Position numbers and translations under genes: made by a program. A stretch of 64,000 nt of DNA from Octopus vulgaris (taxonomy: Eukaryota), in the NCBI GenBank assembly GCA_951406725.2, contig OX597818.1, forward strand, positions 47,306,001-47,370,000, given 5' to 3'. The notes under the pieces were generated by a model. The model saw nothing but the letters and a program-made list of their open reading frames with translations, ran no database searches and was not told where the DNA came from. Shown piece by piece: positions 12,542 through 25,200 of the stretch; the stretch's first letter is position 1, and every line of letters begins with the position of its first letter.

Positions 12542-15500
12542 ATAAATATTAGGGAATAAATCCAAATTTACAGGGAAAAAATCAGATTTAGGATTAAATC
12601 CAATTTTATAGTAAAATATTATATAATATTAATTCGAGACAAAACCACTATTTTGCAAAACAAACAAGGAAAGACTTAATCAATACATAAAAATTTTTAA
12701 TATAAAGAAATAAACCGCCACTACAATCGTTTCATGTCTTCAATGAAAATCCACCTGACGAATGAAGACATGAAACGATTGTAGTGGCGGTTTATTTCTT
12801 TATATTAAAATTTTTTATGTATTGATTAAGTCTTTCCTTGTTTGTTTTGCAAAATAGTGGTTTTGTCTCGAATTAATATTTTATATATATATATTCTCAT
12901 GTGACCTATAGGCCAGACTGCTAACCCTTTTGCGTCTGACCATGGTCACTGCCACATCGATATTCTTCTCTCTGCCATAAGGCTTCATTTCCACACACGC
13001 CTGTTGTTATGTCCTGTTTTTATTATTATTATTATTATTATTGTATTTTTGCATTTATATTCATGTAACATCGTCTGTTTTTCTGTCCTTGTTTTCGTAT
13101 ACATTGGATGCTTTTTTCCCAAGGAATCTAATGCTCATAGCTTAGGTTTTCCTTGGGGCTGGCCAGATTGGAGCAATCTCAATATTAATCAGCCGAAATT
13201 GCAAGGTTGATCCGGTTCTTGACTGAAGATAAAAGGCTTCGAATGACTCATCCTTGTTTTTTTGTATCATCTATCTGGATGTTTTGTTGTCCCTTTTTGT
13301 ATCACCTAGTTGTCCGGATGTTTTGCATTCTTGTCCCATTTTGTATTTTATTTTATATATATATATATAATGGCAAGGGTCTATGCAAATGAGGAGTGTT
13401 TAATGTTTCTATATCACTTGTCAATGCATTTCTTCATAAGCAGCAATGGTTGTTTGTATAGTTTACATATGGTTAAGATTTACATTGTACACATTATTTA
13501 CATTTAACGGATATTTGTCCTCATCTTGTTTGTTTTTAACACAACATTTTGGCTGATACACCCTCCAGCCTTCAAATAAGATGAGGACAAATATCTGTCA
13601 AATGTAAATAATGTACATAATTCCTCATCTCTTAACCCTTTCGTTACCAACCCGGCTGAAACCAGCTCTGTAGTACAAATGTCTTGTTTTCATAAGTTTT
13701 GTATTAAAATCTTCCACCAAACCTTAGTCACAATTAATGTTCCTAACACTAGCTTAATGGTAACTAAGTTATTTTACTAAATTCTTTGTTATGTCTAAAA
13801 TAATTGAGAGAAACACAGAGCATCTCAAAAGAAATATGGTAACAAAAGGGTTAAATTATAAGGCACAAAAAGAAAATGACTCTCCCCAGACACAACAAAA
13901 ATGTTTTAATTCAAAAAAGCAAATATATATTTAGTGTACAATGATCTCAAATATTTATTGGAACTTGATAGATTTAAATACTATACTCAATTTATTTACC
14001 TATAAAAGGACTATACTTATGTATAAAAGATTGATTTAAAAGCTGCCCTGATATAAGAATGAGATAAAATAACTCCTTTAGAGAAAGATTAACCATAATT
14101 GACAAATTATAGCAAAAAAAAAAAGTTTTACATCATTTCATTCTATTAAATTTGGCCAGACATTACCAAAAAACAGAATGTATTAGAAAGTAGAGCAAAG
14201 AAAATCAATGTTGCGTCTTCATATAGTTCGATGAGACTTCTTTTCCTTCACAAGGTCGAATGGTAAAAGATTGTAGATGAAGAATAGCTAATTTATATTT
14301 ATTTCATTGAACACGTAACAAGTAGACTTAATTCTTCAATATGGTTGGGTTTTTTTTTTTTTTTTTTTGTAAAGGTAAAAAAAAAGCAAAAAAAAAAGCA
14401 AGTACACTACGAAATAAATAGCTATTCTTCATCTGTGACCTTTCTCCATTTGATCCTGTGAAAAGAATCCAACCGGGTCACAATTATATAAAGAGGCAAT
14501 AGAATGAAAAACAATTTTTTTAATGTTATTTCTAACTGTCCAAACTTCACAATATGAAATGATAAAAAAAAAAACAACAGAAGAAAAAATGTAATAAAAT
14601 AAAGGAACAAAAACATTGTAATGCAATTTTTAAACACTACAGACTGTTTTTGAAGTACTGTAAAATTCTTGTTCATACAAATAGTCATCTGACCTTTTGT
14701 ATTTCAATTCTTATATCTTCATAGAAGGACCATGCATATTTAATATATTTTTTCCATTAAAAAACATATCTGAAAATGTCACTATATTCACTATTGTTAG
14801 ATTTGTATTTATCTCCAACTCACAGGGGGTAGAAACAAAGGTCAGATAGACAAAATTGCTTGTAAATTATGTAGAGTTATTTTATTTCTACCATTCGTTT
14901 AGTATTTTTTTTTATTATTATAAAAGTTCAAAATGTATGTAATTTAATTCGTTCTTTGAAAAATGATCCATGTTGTCCTAAAACATCGTCAGAGGTCACA
15001 AATAGTTTAACAATTCGACTTTAATGAAAAGTACAATTCTATATTTCTATTACGGTCCCTTTAAAATGTGTTGATGTGTAATTATAGAGGCTTCTAATAT
15101 GTATTTACATACATAAGACATTAACTATGTCTCTTATGAAACAAGTAGCTCTCTATAGAATATACTGCTTATGTACTTTCACTTTGCTGCACGTTTTAGA
15201 TAAGAGTCTTTGCAGTATTCAAAAGGATCAAAGGACCTTCCTCAGCCATAGGTTCAAAGATCCTCAGCTAAAACCCAGCCTTAGTAGTCCGTGGCTCATA
15301 AGGCCACTTTTTCAGCTTCTGTGGGATATGTATCCACCTCCTCCTTGGTTTGGTCGCCAGTTTGTCATAGGATTACTCATTTCTGCCAGCTGAGTGAACT
15401 AAGGCAATGTGAAATGAAGTGTTTTGCTCAAGAATGCAATGCATTGCCTGGCCCAGGAGTTGAAACCACAATCTGATGACCATGAGTGCAGCACCTTAAC

Positions 15501-16746
15501 TACTTAGTCACATGCTTCCTCCTTTGTAATAATATTGGATTGTCCGGAAAGTTCGTGCCGATTTTTAAAGGAAAGGAAAAGATCAATAAATACGTGCCAT
15601 TACATTTTTAATCAACCCAATATGAACCATTTTGTTGCACAATGCATCTCCATCTTTCCTTTAACTTGAAAATACCCTCTTCCCAGAATTGAGGTGGTTT
15701 CATGGCAAAGAATTCATCAAGGTGTCTTTTTACATCATCCAAGGAATTGAAATTTTTACCATTAAGACTATTCTACAGAGACCTGAATAAGTGGAAATCC
15801 GAAGGAGCAATATCTGGTGAATATGGGGGGTGGGGTAACACATCCCAGTCGTGCTGCAGCTATTTTTGTCTTGTTCCCATGCATCAAGTGCTGGAAGTGA
15901 ACTTTCTTATCTTCCATTTTAAAGGGTTACAGAATTAACACAGGTTATAGGAACATAAACCTTCTTCCATGAAAAAATAGCTTAAACTGTGCTCTAAATG
16001 GAGGTGTAATCAAATCCTATTTTATGGACTCAACCATGTTCTAAAATAAGTCGAAAGGTAAGCTACTATAAATTGGCACAAACTTTCCAGACAACCCAAT
16101 ACTATTACAATTTTGTAATATTACTATCACCAATTTCACATTCTATGGAAATCAATAATTGCATATAGGTGCAATTTGCAGTTCCAAATAGTGGTTTATG
16201 CTTTGCATATTACATTGGATTGTGGTCATGCAGGGGCACCACCTTGAAGGGTATTCATCTGACAAATCAACCCCAGTTTTTAGCAGTTTAGCAAAAGGAC
16301 CAATAGAATAAGTATTGGTATTAAAAACACCCAAGTTACAGGAATATAAACAAACCAACACTGGTTGTCAAGCTGTGGTGGAGTTGATAAAGACACACAC
16401 ACATACACACACACACACAAGGCTTCCATACAGTTTCTATCAGGTTCACTCACAAGGCATTGTTTAGCTTGAGGCTAAAATAGAAGATGCTTGTCCAAGG
16501 TGTCATGCAGTGGGACTGAATCCGCAAAGCCATGCTACTATTACTATTTTTACTTGTTTCAGTCATTTGACTGCGGCCATGCTGGAGCACCACCTTTAGT
16601 CGAGCAAATCGACCCCAGGAACTTATTCTTTGTAAGCCTAGTACTTATTCTATCGGTCTCTTTTTGCCGAACCGCTAAATTACGGGCACGTAAAAACACC
16701 AGCATCAGTTGTCAAGCGATGTTGGGGGGGGGACAAACAGACACAC

Positions 16747-16779
<33 letters not shown>

Positions 16780-19700
16780 CATATACAATGGGCTTCTTTC
16801 AGTTTCTGTCTACCAAATCCACTCACAAGGCTTTGGTCAGCCCAAGGCTATAGTAGAAGACACTTGCCCAAGGTGCCATGCAGTGGGACTGAACCCGGAA
16901 CCATGTGGTTGGTAAGCAAGCTACTTACCACACAGCCACTCGTGCACCTGCTGTTAATAAAATAAATTTTTAAAAGAAGAATTTTTCTAATAGACAGATC
17001 AAAGCAATACCAGATTGAAAACTAGTTTAGACGGAACTGTTTTAGTAGCTGCCCTTCAGTTTATAGCATTTTTATATTTGCTAAATACTTTGTCGCACTA
17101 ATTTGTGGAAATTTATTTCATAATTTAGACCATAATTTTAAAAATATCCTGTATAAAAAAATTTACATAAAATGTTGACTTCTGTTAGTTTTCAATCTGC
17201 TATTACTTTTTCCTGTGGAGGTGCAATGGCCCAGTGGTTTGGGCAGTGGACTCGCAGTCGTAGGAAAGCGGTTTTGATTCTCAGACCGGGCATTGTGAGT
17301 GTTTATTGAGCGAAAACACCTAAAAGCTCCATGAGGCTCTGGCAGGGGGTGGTGGTGAACCCTACTGGATTCTTTCACCACAACTTTCTCTTATTCTTTC
17401 TTCCTGTTTCTGTTGTACCTGAATTTTAAAGGGCCAGCCTTGTCACACTCTGTGTCATGCTGAATCTCCCCGAGAACTACGTTAAAGGTACACATGTCTG
17501 TGGAGTACTCAGCCACTTGCACTTTAATAAATGAGCTGCAACGTCACTGGTGCCAAGCTGTATCGGCCTTTGCCTTTCCCTTGGATAACATCAGTAGTGT
17601 GGAGAGAGGAAGCTGGTATGCATGGGCGACTGCTGGTCTTCCATAAACAACCTTGCCCAGACTTGTGCCTTGCAGGGTAACTTTCTAGGTGCAATCCCAT
17701 GGTCATTCATGACCAAAGTGGGGGGGGGGTCACACAATATTACTTTTTCCTTAAAAAAAAACCTTTTTCAATTAACATGAAAAGACCTGTAACTTAGTAG
17801 ATCAGGTGGTTCACTCATAATCATATAATCATGGTTTCGATTCCAAGTCCGAGCAGTGTGTTGTGTTTCTGAGTAAAACACTTCATTTCATGTTGTTCCA
17901 GTCCACTCAAGTGTAAATGAGTTCCAGCAATAGCTGGGGAATTAATACTCTGAGAGGATGGTGTTGCATTCAAAGAAGTGAGGTATTGTTGTTGTAATCT
18001 CATAATCCCAGTCACTTATCTGCCATGGAGACTGGATTAATTTCTGGCTGTATGAGTCTTAGGGCTCTTAACTGAGCCCTAACATTAATAATTATTTGGA
18101 ATTGCTGATTGCGCCTCCATTATCATTCCAGCATTTATGTTGTCTTCAATCTGAAGCTTGTTTCCCAACCACATGGTTTTGGGTTCAATCCCACTATAAG
18201 CAAGCTACTTACCACACAGCCTCTCCTGCACCTATACTTACCACACAGCCACTCTTGCGCCTAGGATTAATTCAAAACAATGAATAAATAAGCAATGCAT
18301 TCGACAGAGTAATCTAAATGTTAAAGGGTTAATGTTGAACAATATTAACATTGTTTTCCAAATGCCATTTACTCAAAAGATGTTTATCAACATTATAATT
18401 GCTGTCTCATAACATTTCTGATCCTGTTCATGGCTAAAGTGCTAAGTACAGAAAATAACTCGATGCATCTTTCATTTCTTACACAATGTCTCCACTACGG
18501 CTGAGTAGGATATTGGGTTATCAAAACAGGATTTCTTTAGTTTGTAGAAAGTTAATTTACGATTATGCCCTGTGGTGCTTAGTGCTTAGATGTTCCTAAA
18601 GCTAAACAGCAGAAGAGTGGCACTCACAATTCACTAGTGTTATGTACATTGCATCAGAGATGAGTGACATCAATCTACTCTGTGTCTATGTAAACTATAT
18701 TATATTTTAACTATTTGGTAATTTCAACTTAGTACATATTATTATCTTATTTATTAATGTATATACATTAGGAGTGGCTGTGTGGGAAGTAACTTGCTTA
18801 TGAACCACATAGTTCCGGATTCAGTCCCACTGCGTGGCACCTTGGGAAAGTGTCTTCTATTATAGCCTCGGACCGACCAAAGCCTTGTGAGTGGATTTGG
18901 TAGACGGAAACTGAAAGTAGCCCGTTGTATATATATATATGTATGTGTGTGTGTGTGTGTGTGTGTATGTTTGTGTGTCTGTGTTTGTCCCCCCAACATC
19001 GCTTGACAACCGATGCTGGTGTCTTTACGTCCCCTGTAACTTAGCGGTTCGGCAAAAGAGACCAGTAGAATAAGTACAAGGCTTACAAAGAATAAGTCCT
19101 GGAGTTGATTTGTTCGACTAAAGACAGTGCTATAGTAGAAGACACATGCCCAAGGTGCCACACAGTGGGACTGAACCCGGAACCATGTGGTTGGTAAGCA
19201 AGCTACTTACCACACAGCTACTCGTGCACCTGCTGTTAATAAAATAAATTTAAAAAAAGAGAATTTTTCTAATAGACAGATCAAAGCAATACCAGATTGA
19301 AAACTAGTTCAGATGGAACTGTTTTAGTAGCTGCCCTTCAGTTTATAGCATTTTTATATTTGCTAAATACTTTGCTGCACTAATTTGTGGAAATTTATTT
19401 CATAATTTAGACCATAATTTAAAAGATATCCTCTATAAAAAAATTTACATAAAATGTTGACATCTGTTAGTTTTCAACCTGCTATTACTTTTTCCTGTGG
19501 AGGTGCAGTGGCCCAGCGGTTTGGGCAGCGGACTTGCAGTCGTAGGATCGCGGTTACGATTCCCAGACCAGGCATTGTGAGTGTTCATTGAACGAAAACA
19601 CCTAAAAGCTCCACGAGGCTCTGGTAGGGGTTGGTGGTGAACCCTGCTGTACTAGGAACTTTTCAGGAATTTTTCAGCACCCGCCTTGTAGAGTATGATA

Positions 19701-20789
19701 CAGTCCTTAACCCTTTCATTACCAACCCGGCTGAAACCGGCTCTGGCTCCGTTGTACAAATGCCTTGTTTTCATAAGGTTTTAATTAAAATCTTCCACCA
19801 AACCTTAGTCACGATTTATGTTCCTAACACTAGCTGAATGATAACTAAGTTATTTTACTAAATTCTTTGTTATATTTAAAGTAATTGAAAGAAACACAGA
19901 GCTTCTCAAAATAAATACAGTAACGAAAGGGTTAAGTCTATTGGATCCTGTCAAACCATCCAGCCCATGTCAGTATGGTACTTGGATGTGAAATGAGGAC
20001 AATGGATATATAGCTGAATTCCACACAAGTCAACAAGAGAGTTTCTATGTAATTGTTTGCTATGATTGAAATATTCTTTCCACATTTTGTTCTGCATTTA
20101 ATAGAATAGTCTGCTTTGTCACTGATGTGACACTTCAAATAACATATTACCAGCTAAAAAAAAAAAAAGATAAAAGACCATATTAAATAATATTAGTCCT
20201 CGATGAGATGGTCATGACTGGAATGCCTTTCACAATAGGCCTGCACAATTAGAGCTGAACTTTGCTTAAACAACAACTACATTTTAGTGAAATTTACATC
20301 CTGCAAGATCTGTACTTTATAGTATAAATTCATAGCCATGATCTAAAATAATTAAAAATGCAATTATCATTCTTTATCTAATAAAGAAACACTAAACAGT
20401 GTGTGTATGTAAATATACGTGTGTGTCTGTGTGTGCACATGCACAAGTGTATGTGTGTGTGTGTGTGTGTGGCATAAATGCTTTTGATTTAAGATATGAA
20501 AATACCCAAAATATATAAAAAAAATTAACTTATTTGGAATAAAAAGACAATCTTTAATCTTTTAAAGTTAAATAGTACTCTCTTACTCTTTTACTTGTTT
20601 CAGCCATTTGACTGCGGTCATGCTGGAGCACCACCTTTAGTCGAGCAAATCGACCCCAGGACTTATTCTTTGTAAGCCTAGTATTTATTCTATCGGCCTC
20701 TTTTGCCAAACCACTAAGTTATGGGGACATAAACACACCGCCATCAGTTGTCAAGCGATGTTGGGGGGGACAAACATAGACACACACAT

Positions 20790-20822
<33 letters not shown>

Positions 20823-21164
20823 CGACAGGCTTCTTTCAGTTTCCATCTACCAAATCCACTCACAAGGCTTTGGTCAGCCCAAAGCTATAATAGAAGACAC
20901 TTGCCCAAGGTGCCACGCAGCGGGACTGAACCCGGAGCAATGTTGTTGGTAAGCAAGCTACTTACAACACAGCCACCCTATGCCTAGTAGTAAAATAACT
21001 ACAAAAGATAAAAGACTGATCAACCTACAACACTCAAACTTATGTCAGGATACAATACTATGGAGCAGTTATTGATTTTTTGTTAAAGCATCAGTGACAA
21101 AGCACATTGTTCTAGTAAATGCAGAAGAAGACGTGGAAAGAATATTATGGTTATGACTGAACAA

Positions 21165-21203
<39 letters not shown>

Positions 21204-21210
21204 TATACAA

Positions 21211-21257
<47 letters not shown>

Positions 21258-21262
21258 TACAC

Positions 21263-21309
<47 letters not shown>

Positions 21310-21318
21310 TATATACAA

Positions 21319-21353
<35 letters not shown>

Positions 21354-22222
21354 TATACACACACACACACATATACAAATATACACATATATATATATAT
21401 ATACACACACACATATACAAATATACACATATATATATATATATATATACACATATATATATATATATACACATATATATATATATACACATATATATAC
21501 ATATACACATATATATACACATATATATATATATATACACATATATATATATATATATATACACATATATATACATATACACATATATATACATATACAC
21601 ATATATATACATATACACATATATACACATATATATATATATATACACATATATATATATATACACACACACACACATATATATATACACACACACACAC
21701 ACACATATATATGTAAAGCTGATGTAGAACTAATAACAACGAAGTCTTATCAAATCTGAATGAAATTTAATATTCAGTTAGTCTTTAAAATTTTGTATGG
21801 AACCATTGTGGAATGAAACCAATAAAGCTACTTTAAAATCCCGTGGAACAATAGAGCCGAAGACTGAAGAGATGAAGAGATAAGGCAATAGCTATTGGCT
21901 TTCATATTGTGGAGTAATTTCAATTTGAAAATGATTATCAAAATCAAAGGCAACATATTGACACGCATTTAGTATACTTAGATAATAATAATAATAATAA
22001 TTTAATTCTTTATTGCTCACGAGGGGATAAACATAGAGGGGACAAACAAGGACAGACAAATGGATTAAGTCGATTATATCGACCCCAGTGTGTAACTGGT
22101 ACTTACTTAATTGACCCCGAAAGGATGAAAGGCAAAGTTAACCTCGGCAGAATTTGAACTAAGAACGTAACAGCAGACGAAATACCGTTAAGCATTATAA
22201 TAATAATAATAATAATAATAAC

Positions 22223-22260
<38 letters not shown>

Positions 22261-25200
22261 TAATAATAATAACAATAATAATAATCTTTTCTACAATAGA
22301 CACAAGGCCTCAAATTTTGTGGGGAGGGAACTAGTCAATTACATCGACCCAATTGCTTAACTGGTACTTAATTTATCAACCTCAAAAGGATAAAAAGCAA
22401 GGTCAACCTCGGTGGAATTTGAACTCAGAATGTAAGGATGGGCAAAATACCTATTTCTTTATTACCCACAAGAGGCTAAACACAGAGTGGACAAACAAGG
22501 ACAGACATAGGTATTAAGTCGATTACATCGACCCCAGTGCTTAACTGGTACTTAATTTATCGACCCCGAAAGGATGAAAGGCAAAGTCGACCTCGGCGGA
22601 ATTTGAACTCACAACGTAACACAGACGAAAATACCATTAAGCATTTCGTCCAGTGTGCTAACGATTCTGCCAGCTCGCTGCCTAATGAGAAAGGTGTAGG
22701 CATGGCTGTGTGATTAAGGAGCTAACTTTGCAACTATGTGGTTTTGGGTTCAGTTTCACTGCAAATACCTTGGGAAAGTGGACCCAGGTTGATCAAAGCC
22801 TTGCAAGTGAATTTGTTAAATGGAAACAATGTGGAAGCCTGGTGTGTGTGTGCACGTGCGTGCGCAAGTGAGTGAGAGTGAGTGAGTGTGTGTGTGTGTG
22901 AGTGAGTGTGAGTGAGTGAGTGAGTGTGAGTGAGTGTGTGCAAGTGTGTGAGTGTGTATTTGTTGCTGTATTTGTCACCCCAGCTCACCACTTGACTACC
23001 AGTGTGGTTTGATTTAGCTAAACCCTTCAAAGCACTCCTTCAATCCAACACTCCTTCAATCCAGTCACTAAAACATGTAAAGGACAAAATAGAGTTATAA
23101 GGACCAATAGAAAGATTTGAAACGACTGAGTCGGTAATGTATTACTGCAGTGTGTGATAATACAGTGGGGATTGTATTGGTGACATGGTCAAGAAAGTAT
23201 GAGAAAACTGTCGCGCTTCAATGGTACAGATGCTATTAGGTTGTTTCGCATGGAATGTCATATTTGAAAGGTAACAATAAAATGTTTCAGAAGTGTTAGA
23301 GAACTTATTTATTTAACCCTTTAGCATTTAAACTGCCATATCCGGCCAAAAGTATTCTGCTTGTTTTATGTTCAAACTGGCCATATCTGGTCTCTCACAC
23401 CATCCCTACAATATCGATTTAAAAATCAACAGCTACCTCATCAAATTTTCATAGTTACAAGATAATGCATGATTAGTTCAAAACAAAGTGGATGAAAAAG
23501 CATTAACTTTGGTAGAATAATGCGAACACCAAAGGGTTAAAGTATGATATCCATGTTCATTTATGAGGTTTATCCAACGTTTCTCTATGTCATATGTTCC
23601 ATCTTTAAAAAAAAAGTTCATCTTTTGCTGTGATAAACTGTCCAAATGCTTCAATTATCTCTTCTCTATTTAACCCTTTCGTTACTGTATTTATTTTGAG
23701 ATGCTCTGTGTTTTTTCAATTACTTTAAATATAACAAAGAACTTAGTAAAATAACTTAGTTATCATTAAGCTGGTGTTAGGAACATAAATTGTGACTAAG
23801 GTTTGGTGGAAGATTCTAATTCAAAGCATATGAAAACAAGACATTTGTACTCAGAGCTAGAGCTGGTTTCAGCCGGGTTGGTATTGAAAGGGTTAAAGAC
23901 TGCATCATACTCTACAAGGCGGGTGCTGAAAAGTTCCTGGCTTTAAGGGTATTGTGAAAGGCCTGGTTGTTGGCCCAACCTTCAGAGTTCTTTTACAGGG
24001 CTTGGAAAAACTGAAGGACTGCTGCAATAAATGTGTGAATCTGAGAGGGGAATATGTTGAGTAAAATCATAATTAACTGATCCTTCTGTATTTTCTTTTA
24101 CGAAAAGCCAGGAACTTGGCATGGTTTCTATAATTTGATGCCCTTTCTACTGCCAACTGATTTACAGTATAATTATATTTCTTCACTACCCACAAGGGGC
24201 TAAACACAGAGGGGATAAACAAGGACAGACAAACGGATTAAGTCGATTACATCGACCCCAGTGCGTAACTGGTACTTAATTTATTGACCCCCGAAAGGAT
24301 GAAAGGCAAAGTCGACCTCGGCAGAATTTGAACTCAGAACGTAACGGCAGACGAAATACGGCTACGCATTTCACCCGGCGTGCTAACGTTTCTGCCAGCT
24401 CGCCGCCTGATTTACAGTATAAACTGGGTGCCATGCAGCTCATAAAACTATAAACCCTGAGAGAGGATGACTTTACACCAGGAGATGAATGGTTAAAATC
24501 TGAGAGAAGGGGTGAAAGCAGAACAGAGGAGCTATATGACTACTCTTTTTATAGGAAAGTGGGTAGGAGTGATTCAGTGGAACTGGGAAGAGATTAAAAT
24601 AGTGATGAGGTCTCTAAGTGAACTGGACCTTTGATGAACGGTGTAAAATGCGTGTGTGTGTGTAGTATTCTTTAATGCATTAAAACTATAAGTGTCTGGT
24701 TTTCAGTATTCTGTTATTCATTGCCGGTCATCAGTTGGCAATCCAAACCTTTTTTCTTTTCTTTTTTTCTTTTTTGGAAATATTCAGTCTGAATATCTTC
24801 TGAAATACAAAATGAAAGTTTGAAGAAAACGCCTTTCCTTATGTTTTTCTGTGTAAAAACTTCTGTGAATAACACGTGTGAAAACTGCTGCTTCAAGCTC
24901 CTGTTTTTGATTTCATTTCTGGTTCTCATGGAAACATTTATAAATATATTAAATTCCACACAAGTGAAGTCATGAAATTGCATCACTGTTTAAGTAGTGT
25001 TCAAAGTAATACTTATAAGCAATACATTTTTTAAAGAACAGTGAGTATGTATGCGGATGTTCATTTTGCATGTGCTTGTGCAGACACATGCATATATACA
25101 TACATACACAAAATTATGTATTCATATAGACAGGTGCAGGAGTGGCTGTGTGGTAAGTAGCTTGCTTACCAACCACATGGTTCCGGGTTCAAGTCCCACT

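Noticed and set aside
13280-13315. Placeholder check for a hammerhead downstream of 13223 (CTGAAGA...cGAAt at about 13223-13250)
   Set aside because: GAAA is imperfect and I could not find convincing stems I-III in or after that motif.
21083-21739. YI/CV/HT-rich ORFs
   Set aside because: Translations of the TA/CA microsatellite.
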